This document shows, one piece after another, positions 1-13,369 of a stretch of 60,653 bases of DNA. The notes beneath the pieces were generated by a model that ran no database searches, was not told the DNA's origin, and worked only from the letters and a program-made list of their open reading frames with translations. Both the position numbers and the translations under genes were made by a program. The stretch is taken from positions 1 to 60,653 of the forward strand of contig NW_021834200.1 in NCBI RefSeq assembly GCF_006345805.1. Reading direction: 5' to 3'. Numbering within the stretch: position 1 is the first letter of the stretch; every line of letters begins with the position of its first letter. Source of the DNA: Octopus sinensis (lineage: Eukaryota).

Positions 1-318
1 CAACCTAGATGTGACAGTTCTTTTCACGCAAATGAGGCTTCAGTATTTTGTGCACGGAAAGATATAGGGTGAATAACAATATATGTTCAAACTTTCGAAC
101 TCTATCAAGATGAATCTGCCCGAGTATTATATTATTAGCACACGTGGTTATGAAGTACTCGACCATCTAAATAATTGCAGGTGTTACGTTCCAAAACCTT
201 CCACAGAAATAATTAAAATCTAAAAAAAATTATAAATACCTATCGGTCGCAGAAACCCGCGATATACTGAGGAGTACGCGATATAAATTTACATCTATTA
301 ACCAGAAAAATCTGTGGT

Positions 319-708
319 GTACTGATAGCGTGATAGGTGAACCGTGATGTACTGAGTGTGCAATGGGTGAACCGCGATATACTGAGTGTGCGATAGGTGA
401 ACTACGATGTACTGAGTGCGCGATAGGTGAACCGCGATGTACTGAGTGTGCAATGGGTGAACCGCGATATACTGAGTGTGCGATAGGTGAACTACGATGT
501 ACCGAGTGTGCGATAGGTGAACTACGATGTACTGAGTGCGCAATAGGTGAACCGCGATGTACTGGGTGCGCGATAGGCAAACCGCAATGTACTGAGTGTG
601 CGATAGGTGAATTGCGATGTACTGAGTGTGCGATAGGTGAACCGCGATGTACTGAGTGCGCGATAGGTGAACCACGATGTACTGAGTGTGCGATAGGTGA
701 ACCGAGAT
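319..708. repeat. 30-bp minisatellite, 13 copies
   Basis: Unit GTACTGAGTGTGCGATAGGTGAACCGCGAT recurs every 30 bp from 319 to 708 with few substitutions; explains ORFs 230..580, 298..732, 363..728. Confidence 0.95.
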
Positions 709-861
709 ATTGCGAGGGATTACTGTAATCATGATCAGTAAGTTATACCGAGATCATGACAGATCTGCACATCTCTCTGAAGCCATGCACTGTCGTTTCC
801 AATAACAAAAGCATTCATGGAACTTCTAGCGTTTCCAGAATACTATTTCGGGATAGTGAGC

Positions 862-975
862 AGCGGAATTTCGTCTGTCTGTACGTTCTGAATTCAAACT
901 CCGCCGAAGTCGACTTTGCCTTTCATTCTTTCTAGGTTGATAAATTAAGTACCAGTTACGTACTGGAGTCGATCT
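862..975 (+). mobile_element. tRNA-derived SINE family B, fragment
   Basis: Matches the body ACGTTCTGAGTTCAAATTCCGCCGAGGTCGACTTTGCCTTTCATCC...GATAAATTAAGTACCAG seen many times in this window. Confidence 0.8.
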
Positions 976-1584
976 GGGGCACTGGTGCCCTCTCCAAAAA
1001 TTTTTGACCTTGTGCTTAGAGTAAAAAGCAAAAAAAAAAAGAAAAGTGTCAAACACTGCTATGAACAACGGAGTGAGCGAGACCGTTATAACTCGGTGTG
1101 CATGCATGACTTCACTTTGCGTAATTTATCTCCGTTATCATAGCGACTTCACTTTGCGTAATTTAGCTCCGTTGTCATAGAATATCCTGATACTCATAGA
1201 ATATCCTGATAAAACTGAGTTTCGTAGATCACGAACACTTACTGTGTCGACCCACGAGGTATGAAAGATGAAATTCCTGTGGGATTTGAAGCCAGATTAT
1301 GTAAGGGCATAGCTAAATTTATTGCACTGTATTGAATACACCAAATGCCACTTAATTAAAAAAAATAAAGCAATAATAATAACAATATATTAATTGGTTC
1401 ATTCATTTTGACCTCTCCTGCCTAACGGTCCGTTTTACGTTAATTACACGTATAATTACATAGATTAATTAATTTTAAGTATGTTTCTATTTTCGAAGGT
1501 TTCTAAAAATATACTTTCATTCATAACGGATAGACCTAAGGATAGCGACTTTACTACCTCGCGTTTGAGACAGAGCACATGATA

Positions 1585-1619
<35 letters not shown>

Positions 1620-1944
1620 TTATCTATCAATCAATCAATAGATATATCTGTATGTGGTGAAGGAAATTGGTTGTATATCTAAAGTTTACAGTCTACATAT
1701 AAAAGTAGATATTGGTTTATACGCATTCTAATTACCATCGTTTGTATACATACTGACGCACACATGTATGTATACATAATTACACATGTATGTACATATA
1801 TGTATTTACAGAGTAATTTTGTAAAACTGATGTATATGGATAAGTATGTGTATGTATACAAATTATATTTGTATATATCTACACATACAGATATTTGTAT
1901 ATATATAACTATACATGCTATACATGACGTTCAAATAAATGTAT

Positions 1945-2037
1945 ATATATATATATATACATATATGTACATATATATTTCTCTATACATATATACATAT
2001 ATATGTATATACATATATATGTATATATATATATATG

Positions 2038-2078
<41 letters not shown>

Positions 2079-2130
2079 CGCATAAATATGTATGTATTCA
2101 CACACACACTCTCTCCCTCTCTCTCTCTCT

Positions 2131-2205
<75 letters not shown>

Positions 2206-2206
2206 G
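1945..2206. repeat. compound (TA)n/(CT)n/(CA)n microsatellite
   Basis: Direct reading. Confidence 0.95.
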
Positions 2207-2907
2207 TAGGTATATATGTATACCTATACGCATATCCAACACATATTCACGCCAGGCATATCTGAATGGGAGAGACGTAAGTAATACTATGTGTCGTTCT
2301 ATAGTGAAGTTTATATCGATTTACGAGAAATAAAGATCGCTGCAAGTTAAAACCTTGTTATATTAGAATTTGCAATTAACATCTTAATTACAGAGAGTAG
2401 ATCATGACCCCAATTTTCAAACATGTTAAAATTAAAACCGGTTGTAAACACTATATTGCGTCTGTAACAAAATACACACTGAATTCCACGCCGCCAATTG
2501 TCCATACGCGCTCGTACACACAATCACTTTCGCATATATAATAGTGAGAAAAAGAGAGAGAGGGGAAGAGAGAGACAGAGAGACAGACAGAGAGAGGAGG
2601 GGAGAGAGAGAAAATGGGAGGGAAACGAGAGGAGTGGGGAGAGGAAACGAGAGGGGAAAGAGCAGAAGCGTAAATACCTTTAAAATTGCTGAAGTAATTC
2701 TCGAGAGTTTTTCGTTTCAATGTCATAAGGTTGTTTACAGCTTCAGGACAAAAGTGGACGGATAGATACCGAAACCACATGTGGCATGCAGCATGAAACG
2801 AAGCTGAAACTCTTCCATACACACAAGCGCACAATAACACACACACGCACATACACAACACACGCACACACATGTATACATACATTTATAGACGAATTTT
2901 TGTGTTG

Positions 2908-2966
<59 letters not shown>

Positions 2967-3032
2967 ATATATATATACTTGGAAATGGATGCGTGGCGCG
3001 TGTCGTTCGATAATATAATAAAATAATATATA

Positions 3033-3115
<83 letters not shown>

Positions 3116-3457
3116 ATGTAAATACACATACATTTATTCACACACACACATACACACACACTCATGTATGATGCAATTTTCAATTAAATGCAAAAGGCAC
3201 GGGAGACAGAATTGCTTTCTATTATACGAATATTGTATGCGGGTTAGTGATCATCATCATCATCAAGATGTCCAGTAAAGGACAAAATTGTGAACCAATC
3301 TTCCACTTATTTAAAATTTTGAGTTCAAATCCTGCTAGTCTGGGAAATATCCTCTCTTTCTCTCACAGATCAGTAAAATCGATTGCATCTTACTGAGATC
3401 GATTGTACTTTTAGCGTAATGATATTTCGTCTTTCCTGTTTTATAACAAATCCCCAT

Positions 3458-3572
3458 TCTTCTTCTTCTTCTTCTCCTTCTTCTCCTTCTTCTTCTTCTT
3501 CTTCTTCTTCTTCTCCTCCTTCTTCTTCTTCTTCTTCTTCTTCTTCTTCTTCTTCTTCTTCTTCTCCTTCTC

Positions 3573-3603
<31 letters not shown>

Positions 3604-3870
3604 TTTTTCTTCTCCTCCTCCTCCTTCTTCTTCCCCCTCTTCCCCTTTTTCCTCTTTTTCATGTTCTTCTTCCTCCCCCCCCCTCCTCCTCCTCCTCCTC
3701 TTCTTCTTCTTCTTCTTCTTCTTCTACTTCTTCTTTTTCTTCTCCTCCTTCTTCTTCCTCCTCCTCCTTCTTCTTCTTCCCCTCTTCCCCTTTTTCCCCT
3801 TTTTCATGTTCTTCCTCCCCCACTCCTCCTCCTCCTCCTCCTCTTCTTCTTCTTCTTCTCCTCCTCCTCC
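3458..3870. repeat. (TTC)n/(CTC)n low-complexity tract
   Basis: Direct reading; source of the poly-S/poly-K ORFs. Confidence 0.95.
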
Positions 3871-4419
3871 ATTATCTTTTCATTCTTCTTTTACATTTCG
3901 GTGTTCTTCGTCTTCTTTACCACCAGAAAGTGGGGCAATAATGGGATAGTGATTCATGTAAAAGCAACAAAATAATGGGTTTATTATGTTAAGTTTTATT
4001 CGTGAAATACATTTGCTTTGAATTTGTTTCAGAAAGCGGTCTATCTTTGTGATGGTTAGTTGGGGTGCGCCTGGAATGTGGTGTGCGTGTCAAGGGAGTG
4101 GCAACCCGACAATTTGGGGAACCATTGGATTAAATAAACTCTTTACATTAGACTTTTGAAGCGGTAATTCCCATGAGATCAGGAAGATTTATGCGACACA
4201 ATATGTGAAGGACAAACAAGAAGATTTGAGTAATGTTTAGAATAGAGTTACCTCCACCAAATGCTCACCACCACGCTGAAAAAGAGAGCTAGTAATATTA
4301 AGCTACGGGCTGTGTATGGCTCCACCATCATCAAATACACAGATGTTAAATAACTTTTGTCCAAAAGAATATGATCACTTATTCGATCGTGGGTGCAATT
4401 TCTGATGAAATTGAAATCT

Positions 4420-4808
4420 GGACTCCGTCTCTTACGACGAAAAGCATTCCAGTTGATTCGATCCACGGAACAGCCTGCTCGTGAAATTAAAGTGTAAGTG
4501 GATGAGCTCTTCACAAACACGTACCCTTAACGCGGATCCTTAACGTAGTTCTCATGGAGATTCAGCATGCTACAGAAAGTGGCAAGGCTGGTCCTTTGAA
4601 ATACAGGTACAACTCATTTTTGCCAGCTGAGCGGCCTGGAGCAACGTGAAATAGAGTGTCTTGCACCATAACGATCCGCTGGAATCGAACACAACGCATC
4701 CCTGGAATCGAACACAACGCACCGCTGGACACAACACAACGCTGGAATCGAACTCACGACCTTACGATTGTGAGGCAAATACCCTAAACACTAAGCTGTG
4801 CATCTTCA
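4420..4808 (-). mobile_element. tRNA-derived SINE family E
   Basis: Reverse strand has a tRNA-like head (A box TTAGTG, B box GAGTTCGATTCC) and a body shared with 34240-34420 (TACCTGTATTTCAAAGG...CTACGTTAAGGG...TTAATTTCACGAGC). Confidence 0.75.
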
Positions 4809-5979
4809 CTTATCTATTTAAGTAAACCCTATATGCTACAGGAATCCTTCAATGGTTTTTATCAAAATTTCACTGGATATAACAACCGGAAAATTTTAGC
4901 ACTTGGAGAATATCTACAGAACAAAGTTTATTAAGCTGTTAGAGCTGCTCTGTTAGAGCCGTGCTCACAGATAAAATGCATCACTTGTAAGGAGGGACTG
5001 TTTACATTGCAGTTAGACCTACTTGAAATAGCAATCAAAAGTGACATAACAGAAAAGAAGAAACGTTGGATTAAGTGTTTTGGCTTATCTATGCTTGGGA
5101 AGAATAAATAATGAGTGCAGTTGGAATCGCTTTGGTGAGAAATCTACGCATTCAGGGATGGCCTAGGGTTAAATAATAACATCATCACTATCTACTCAAC
5201 CAACATGTTGCTACCCGGTTGTCAGAAATCTTCTGTACGTAGTTCTAAATTGAAAACTTAAAGAAAATTAAATATAAAATTAATATTGAATTTGTATCAA
5301 TAAATTCGGGGATCGATACGACAATGTATCTTTAAAGTAACTCCCACTCCTTCTTTGACATTTGTCTTATTCTGTATTTATATGAGAAATGATGATGTCG
5401 TCCTTTGTATACAAAATTTGTGTACAAGTTAGCCATAGGCAACAACAAAAACATTAACCATGTAAACACAGCAAGTAAAAAGCTAAGATATTTTGCCAAT
5501 ATTCACACAGCCAATGAAACAAAAACAATTTTTTTTTATCATCCAGGTAAACAAATATCAAAGAATCCACATTAAAAATAAAATGATTTTAAATAAAACA
5601 CGGGGATGAAAATAACAAGTTTTTGAAATAATACACAAGGAAAATTGAAACGAATCAAAAGCGTTCGTTTCTGGCAGTTAACCAAAAAAATTCTCCAACG
5701 TAAATACAGGAATGAATGAATAAACAAGCCATAATGTGGTACCTCTAGAACTATCGTCTATATCAGTGGTAGTCACCTTTCCTTTAAATATGTTTACCAT
5801 ATTGGGCTTTCGATTCCAAGCCGGACCCATGATTTTTTTTATATAACTAGATTCCAAATACTTTATTCTCCCCAAGTACAGGTGGATGTCATAATTTCAC
5901 ACTATTCATTTGAAATGCTGTCTCTATAGGCCTATGTAGTATGCATGCATGTATATGTGTGTGTACGTACGTACGTATG

Positions 5980-6058
<79 letters not shown>

Positions 6059-6059
6059 G

Positions 6060-6485
6060 CGTAGGAGTGGCTGTGTGGTAAGTAGATTGCTTATGAACCA
6101 CATGGTTCCGGGTTCAGTCCCACTGCGTGGCACCATGGGCAAGTACCTTCTTCTACTAAAGCCTCGGGCCGACCAGAGCTTTGTGAGTGGATTTGGTCGA
6201 TGGAAACTGAGAGAAGCCCTTCGTATATATATATATACATATATATGTATGTGTGTGTGTGTGTGTTTGTATGTCAGTGTTTGTCACCCACAACATCGCT
6301 TGACAACCGATGCTGGTGTGTTTACGTCCCCGTAGCCTAGCGGTTCGGCAAAAGAGACCGATAGAATATGTACTAGGCTTACAAAGAATAAGTCTTGGGG
6401 TCGATTTGCTCGACTAAAGGCGGTGCTCCAGCATGGCCACAGTCAAATGACTGAAACAAGTAAAAGAGAAAAAGAGTAAAAAGAG
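6060..6485 (+). mobile_element. tRNA-derived SINE family A, near full length with internal microsatellite
   Basis: Head GGAGTGGCTGTGTGGTAAG...GGTTCAGTCCC, internal (TA)/(TG) tract, 3' end ...GACTGAAACAAGTAAAAGAG; related copies at 10123, 40185, 43785, 53521. Confidence 0.85.
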
Positions 6486-6663
6486 TGAGAATTTACAAAA
6501 AAAGGAACAGGCGAAGACGGACGGGTGTGTAAACAACAAACATATTTATTAGTTTAACGCTCGGGAAGTAAGAAATACTTTTGCATTTCGAGCCTACGCT
6601 TTTCAAAAGAAAGGAAACAGAAAAAAAAATAGAAAATATATCTATACACATACATATATATAA

Positions 6664-6748
<85 letters not shown>

Positions 6749-7079
6749 CACACACATATATATATGCATATAGAGACAGTAGGTAAAAAAAGGTATTATT
6801 TGAAAAGTTCAACTGATGAGATATATCTGCACCTGTAATGCATGACTATAGTTTATACATTTCATCTGTAAGGTAATAAGTTCATATTGAATGGAAACTA
6901 TCGTAGTTGTTCTGAATAAATAGTGTTATGAATCCCATTTTCAATCTCATATACGTGTGTGTGTGAGTGTGTGTGTGTATGTATGTGTATCAATGTATGC
7001 CTTCGTGTGCGTGTATTGACACACACACACACACACACACGCGCGCGCACACATACACACATATATAGAAAAAAGATAA

Positions 7080-7279
7080 AGAAATAGAAAGATAGATAGA
7101 TAGGTAGATAGATAGGTACGTAGGTAGGTAGATAGATAGATAGATAGATAGACAGACATCTAGATAGATAGAGAGGCAGACAGATAAATAGATAGATAGA
7201 TAGATAGAAAGGTGGGTAGGTAGGTAGGTAGGTAGGTAGGTAGGTAGGTAGGTAGATAGACACATAAACAGATAAATAA

Positions 7280-7360
<81 letters not shown>

Positions 7361-7374
7361 AAAGGTAGATAGAC

Positions 7375-7446
<72 letters not shown>
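7080..7446. repeat. (GATA)n/(GGTA)n microsatellite
   Basis: Direct reading. Confidence 0.95.
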
Positions 7447-7453
7447 TCGTATA

Positions 7454-8255
7454 CGAGGGTTGGCTGAAAAGGTCACACGCTGGAAAATATTCTCTCATGG
7501 AATGTGATGAAATGAGGATTATTTTTTAAGATAGCTTCCTTTGAGGTTTACACTCTTCTTTCAAGAGTGTCGCAGTGCTTCGATCGGATTGGTGAAGAAC
7601 CTTTCATCCTGTTGGTCAGAACGTCATTAATAACAGACATGCCGTCCTTATCATTGCGCTACTGTTTCCTTTGGTTTTCTTCGGAGCATGTGAACAGGGG
7701 CGTTTCCACCCCATGGAATGGCTGTTTGTCTCTGATTGGAAGTCACGACCCTAACACTCATCCTGCAAGGAAGCCAGATGGATCTGCCTGAGAATATGTA
7801 AGATTTTCCTGTGATGTCATCATTCTGGTGTGCTTCTCTTCGAGTGTTTGAAGACGTGGTACACACCGAGTAGAAATCTTCGTCACAGTGCAGAATATTC
7901 TCAAACGGGATATGCTATTAGCATTGGCTATTTGATTAATTGCCTGTCATCCATCACGATGTGGGGAACGCTATTAATGTTTTCCTTAGTTGTGGAAGTT
8001 GCACGACGTCCAGACATTAGGTCGTGATTCAAAATTCGCTTTCCCCTCTAAACTCAAGCTACACACGTTTGTGATGTGGATAAAGCTGGAGTGTCGTCCC
8101 CCCAAAGTAGGGACCATGTCAACATTAATGTCCTTCGGGAACAAAACATTTCTGTACAGGCGCTCGATAACACGATGAGGCCGAATTTTGTTCGTTTTCG
8201 AGAGAAGACGCTACTAGTTACTTTTAAATTGATGTTTGAAGAGTGTGCTCGTCTG
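7454..8255 (-). mobile_element. decayed, internally deleted mariner transposon (second family)
   Basis: Terminus TA|CGAGGGTTGGCTGAAAAG at 7452-7471. Minus-strand frames give mariner motifs: GDDTPALST (N-terminal HTH), CVPRLQT (WVPRLL), QDEC*GRDFQSET..SMGWK..APKK (first catalytic D), joined directly to the C-terminal tail. Many stops and frameshifts. Confidence 0.8.
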
Positions 8256-8938
8256 CGTATGTGAATCTCTCTCTCTCTATATATATATATATGATTATAT
8301 ATATGCATATGTATGTATATATGTATATATATTTATTTGGGCTTATGGATGGATGAGTGTACATTTATGTATGTACGTATATGTAATTCTATATATATGT
8401 GTGTATGTATGTATGTGTGTGTGTGTGTGTGTGTGCATGTTTGTGTGTGTGTATGTTTGTGTGTAGGGATATGAACTCTGGGTACTCTGTTAACCTTATT
8501 TAAAATATTTTACTTCAGTACCTCTATAATGGAGTTAAAATAAAATGGTGAAATAAATATTATAGAGAGTAGACTCCTACTTTGAATATTTCATACGATT
8601 AGATTCAACTTACACTCAATTATTTAATTCAATTTTTCCAAAATCTGATTTATTACGTATTTGTGTCATTTAACGATTTTCTAGATTTCTCTATTTAATT
8701 TGATATATATTCATTTTGACTTATAAAAGATCTTCAGCACCGGTGGCACTATGTGTTGACTTAAAAACTCACATGTATAAGTGTCTATAGATACCTACCT
8801 ATACATAAATACACACACACACACACACCACACACACACACATAATATATATATATATATATATACACACACAATTATATATATATAACATATACATAAG
8901 TATACAATAACATACATATTATATATATATAATATATA

Positions 8939-8986
<48 letters not shown>

Positions 8987-10122
8987 CACGCATGCGAATA
9001 GATACACCATACATACATACATATATATATATATATATTGTAAGTATATTGGTATATAAATATATATGTATTCATATAAAAGCATTTACATTTACATATA
9101 TACCTGTTTGTATCTGTACGTATATCCACTTACACACACACGCACATACATACAAATACACATATATGTAGATAGAGAGATAAATAAACAGATGAAAAGA
9201 TAGATAGATATATAAATAGATAGACAGACAGATAGATAGATGTATATATGATTATATAGATATAGACAGATATGTATGTATATATAATATAAATATAAAT
9301 ATATATACACAAACATATATGCACATATATCGTATATATATAGGTATGTATTCATAAATATGTATTTACGTACGCTTAAAAATTCACACAAACCACACAC
9401 ACACACACATATATATATATGTGTGTGTGTATGTATGTATGTATGTATGTATGTATGTATTATGTTGATGTCTGCATTTAGAGATGTATGTGTGTATTTG
9501 TGCACTAGTGTGCGTCCGCAAAGATGTATATGCGACGTGACAGTTATTAACTATTCATCCATAATACATGATGTTTATCATTGAAGAATATACATGCACT
9601 AACATACAACACATCCATTGCATACACATGCACACATAATATATTTATAAATATTATATCTGTTCTTATATGTATACATACTTACCCTTCGTGCTTCCGT
9701 GTAAGCTGTGTGTACCCGTACATACGAGCGTATTTATCACACATAAATTTTCACATTGCTTGCACTTGGTTGACTCCTTCGATAAAAAATTAAAGAGGGG
9801 GAGGGAATTTAGCTTGTCTCAAACTGCTATTTTATAATGTTGCGTTTATTTAAGACAACTAAATCATCGCTTAACAGTGTTCATACACACACGCGCACAC
9901 ACACACACGCGCGCACACACACACACGCGCGCACACAAATTCTAGTTTTTCCTGGGCAAAACTAGTTTACAAACTTTGCAGTCTCTTAATTGATGGGTTT
10001 TTTTTTTATAACATAACTCATTGAATTTTTGTGGGACCTTAATTCCGGTAAGGGTTATTGTTTTTGAGGGTTACTAGGTTATGGAAGTTTGTGACTTATA
10101 TATATATATATATATATAATAT

Positions 10123-10516
10123 AGGAGTGGCTTTGTGGTAAGTAGCTTGCTTACCAACCACATGGTTCCAGGTTCAGTCCCACTGCGTGGCAACTTGGAC
10201 AAGTGTCTTCTACTATAGCCTCGGGCCAACCAAAACCTTGTGAGTGGATTTGGTAGGCGGAAACTGAAAGAAGCCCGTCGTATATATGTATATATATATG
10301 TGTGCGTGTGTGTTTGTGTGTCTGTGTTTGTCCCCACCCAACTTCGCTTGACAACCGATGCTAGTGTGTTTACATCCCTGTAACTTAGTGGTTCAGCAAA
10401 AGAGAAGGATAGAATAAGTACTAGGCTTACAAAGAATATGGGGTTGATTTGCTCGACTAAGACGTGCTCCGGCATGGCCGCAGTCAAATGACTGAAACAA
10501 GTAAAAGGGTAAAGAG
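10123..10516 (+). mobile_element. SINE family A copy
   Basis: Colinear with 6060-6485. Confidence 0.85.
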
Positions 10517-10592
<76 letters not shown>

Positions 10593-10624
10593 CATATATA
10601 CAATATACATATACATATAACATA

Positions 10625-10657
<33 letters not shown>

Positions 10658-10666
10658 TACATAGAT

Positions 10667-10699
<33 letters not shown>

Positions 10700-10706
10700 T
10701 ATATAT

Positions 10707-10768
<62 letters not shown>

Positions 10769-11904
10769 GTCAAAACGAACAAGAACATGTAAGACAAAGC
10801 AACACGAGGACGTGGTACAAGTACTATGTTACTGGACGCTCAGGAATTGTTAGAAAAGAAACAGGACTTCAGGTTTCGAAAGAAGGGAAGACAGAGAAAG
10901 AAAATCGCCAACGATACACACGCGGTAACGTATTGAAATGACAGGAAGGGAATGCGAGAAGTAAAGTGCTTTCTAACATAGGAGAGTGCAAGAGAAGGTA
11001 GTATGTGTGTGTATATGTGTGTAAGTGCGAGCGCGCAGATGTCTGTGTGTGTGTGTAATGATAGTACGTGTATGTGCGTATGTGTGTGGTTATGGCGGTG
11101 TATGTATGTATGTAGTTGGACTTTGTGTCGCTTAATGTCGTAGGATGAATTTATAGTAAGAATTTTGGTAGGAGTGGCTGTCTGTTGTGTGAATTATTTT
11201 GGCTTTTTTCAACAAATTTTATTCTACAAAAACAATAACAATATTTAGCAAAAACATCTTTAAATGACGGTCTGGTCGTCTGCCAAGCAAATGGGAAGCA
11301 GTAATTGAAGTAGATGGTGAATATGCTCCGGAATAATCATTTTAAAGATGTTTTTGTTAATGTTGCTATTGCTGTTGTTGAATAAACTTTGTTGAGAAAA
11401 AGCCGCAATATTTATGAACCAACCCAATATATATTATATATATATATATAGTATATATTATATATATATATATATTATTATGTATAGGAAGCCGCGTGCC
11501 TTAGTGGTTAGGGCATATACACTACCGTCAGAAATTAATTAGCACCCTTGATTTGCTCTTCACTCAAGGTATGTGCTGTCACCTAGTGGCCATATCTCGA
11601 ACTATTGCTTGTTGCGAGTTCACTGTTGCGCAGAACGATGACGTAACTTTGTTTGCAGAGCAGTTTGAGAGTCTACAGCCTTATGATGTTGACATAGCAG
11701 TGCAACAACTTGGAGTGCGGATGCAGACAAATCTTCCTTTGTTTAATAGATATAGGTAGCGCCTCGCAAGGACCGAAATCACACCATACTAAGTTTTCTC
11801 ATCGCGTAAGACGTTTTGAACAGCTCATAAGGTTAATTGATTTAACCTATTTAATGTAGAAATTTGAGAAGTGCTAATTAATTTCTGACGCAAGTGTATA
11901 TATA

Positions 11905-12085
11905 TTAGTGTGTCTGGGTTTATTTAATCGCTTGACTTCCGATCTCGGTTAACGGTTCGGCAAAAGAGACTGATAGAATAAGTATCAGGCTTACACACAT
12001 TAAATCCTTGGGTCGATTTCTTCGACTAAAATACGATGCTTCAGCACGGCCATTGTCAAAATACTGAAACATGTGAAAGAATAAA
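11905..12085 (+). mobile_element. SINE family A, 3' fragment
   Basis: CGGTTCGGCAAAAGAGAC...GGGTCGATTTCTTCGACTAAA...ACTGAAAC matches family A tail. Confidence 0.75.
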
Positions 12086-12168
12086 TGAATTGAAAATTAT
12101 ATATAATATTACGGAAATGCATTTGCATTGCAAGTGACCTGATCTGACATCGTGTGCTGGAACGAAAA

Positions 12169-12347
12169 CAATTGCAGCATGGAAAGTGTTTATAAGCCAT
12201 TTAAGAAACACACAAAAACCGTGAGATTCACTTCAACGTTTAAATTTAATTTGCCAAAATATTTTCGTCGCTGTGAGACTGCGATCTGTTCAATGACAAA
12301 ATTCCGTGTGTTTTAGATGGCTTATAAACACTTCTACGTTGCAATTG
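12169..12347. repeat. short inverted repeat (~43-bp arms) abutting (TA)n
   Basis: CAATTGCAGCATGGAAAGTGTTTATAAGCCATTTAAGAAACACAC (12169-12213) versus GTGTGTTTTAGATGGCTTATAAACACTTCTACGTTGCAATTG (12306-12347). Confidence 0.8.
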
Positions 12348-12353
12348 CATATA

Positions 12354-12410
<57 letters not shown>

Positions 12411-12891
12411 TATATAATATATATTATATATGCACCATTTCTCTGTCTTATTTCAACCTTGTTTTCTTATACATTCGCTGCTTTCTTCCAAGGAATCTAG
12501 TGCTCTTAGCTTATTTTCTACGTATGCAGGACTGATGGGAGCAATCTTTAGTATAACCAGCCGAAATTGCAAAGATAATCTGGAACTCGACTGCGGAAAG
12601 AAAACTCCGAATGACCCGTCCTTATTTTCCTTGTATCGTCTGTCTGTATGTTTTGCGTTCTTGTCTCATTCTCATTTTTGTATTATATATCGCCATGATA
12701 GATCGGTAGCCACTACACACATTTTTCTCTTTCTGTGGAAGAGCGTAGACTCAAAACGTAGAAGACTTTTCCTATTCCCGAGCGTTATACTAATACATCT
12801 GTTTACTTTCTACACTATCCGTTTTCGTCTTTTGTATTTTTCGTGAATTCTCCCTATACATATATATATATATTATATATATATATATATA

Positions 12892-12941
<50 letters not shown>

Positions 12942-13369
12942 ATATACACATCTACACACATGCTTACATACATGCATATATATATGTATGAGTGTATACA
13001 TATATACATATCTTAATCGAACTTCTTAAGTTGTCTTCTCGTGCATAATTCATTTATTATAAATCTCTTCAATATCGCGTCTTATATTTCGATGGATGTG
13101 CGTGCGTGTCAGAGCGTGCGTATATCTTTACCTGTTTGTATGTGTTCGTGTGTGATAGTTTCTTTCTGTTTGTTGTAATCCAACGAGGATAGTGACGGTG
13201 GTGGGATGTGGGGGACCTGACGGTTTTGCCTTTATGTTGTGTGTTTGGGGTCATCTGTTTATTTCTCTAATCAAAGTAGATCACATCTCTAAGGAACGGC
13301 ATCATTAAGGCTGTCATTCTCACATCATATAATAAGTTCTGGAAATTAGCAAACAAAAGCAAACACCAC

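Noticed and set aside
319-708. CRISPR array or metallothionein-like Cys-rich gene
   Set aside because: Pure tandem repeat without spacers; open frames follow from a stop-free unit.
5678-5875. Cadherin-like KVTTTDIDD motif
   Set aside because: Too short, and no other cadherin motifs in frame.
11553-11759. Possible exon EQFESLQPYDVDIAVQQLGVRMQTNLPLFNRY after TTTGCAG
   Set aside because: Unrecognised peptide and weak donor; cannot be supported without expression data.
12730-12790. Hammerhead-like CTGTGGAAGAGCGTAGACTCAAAACG (related copy near 6575-6600, minus)
   Set aside because: The core is mutated (CUGUGGA, no intact GAAA in this copy) and there is no stem I or cleavage triplet; at most a degraded relative.
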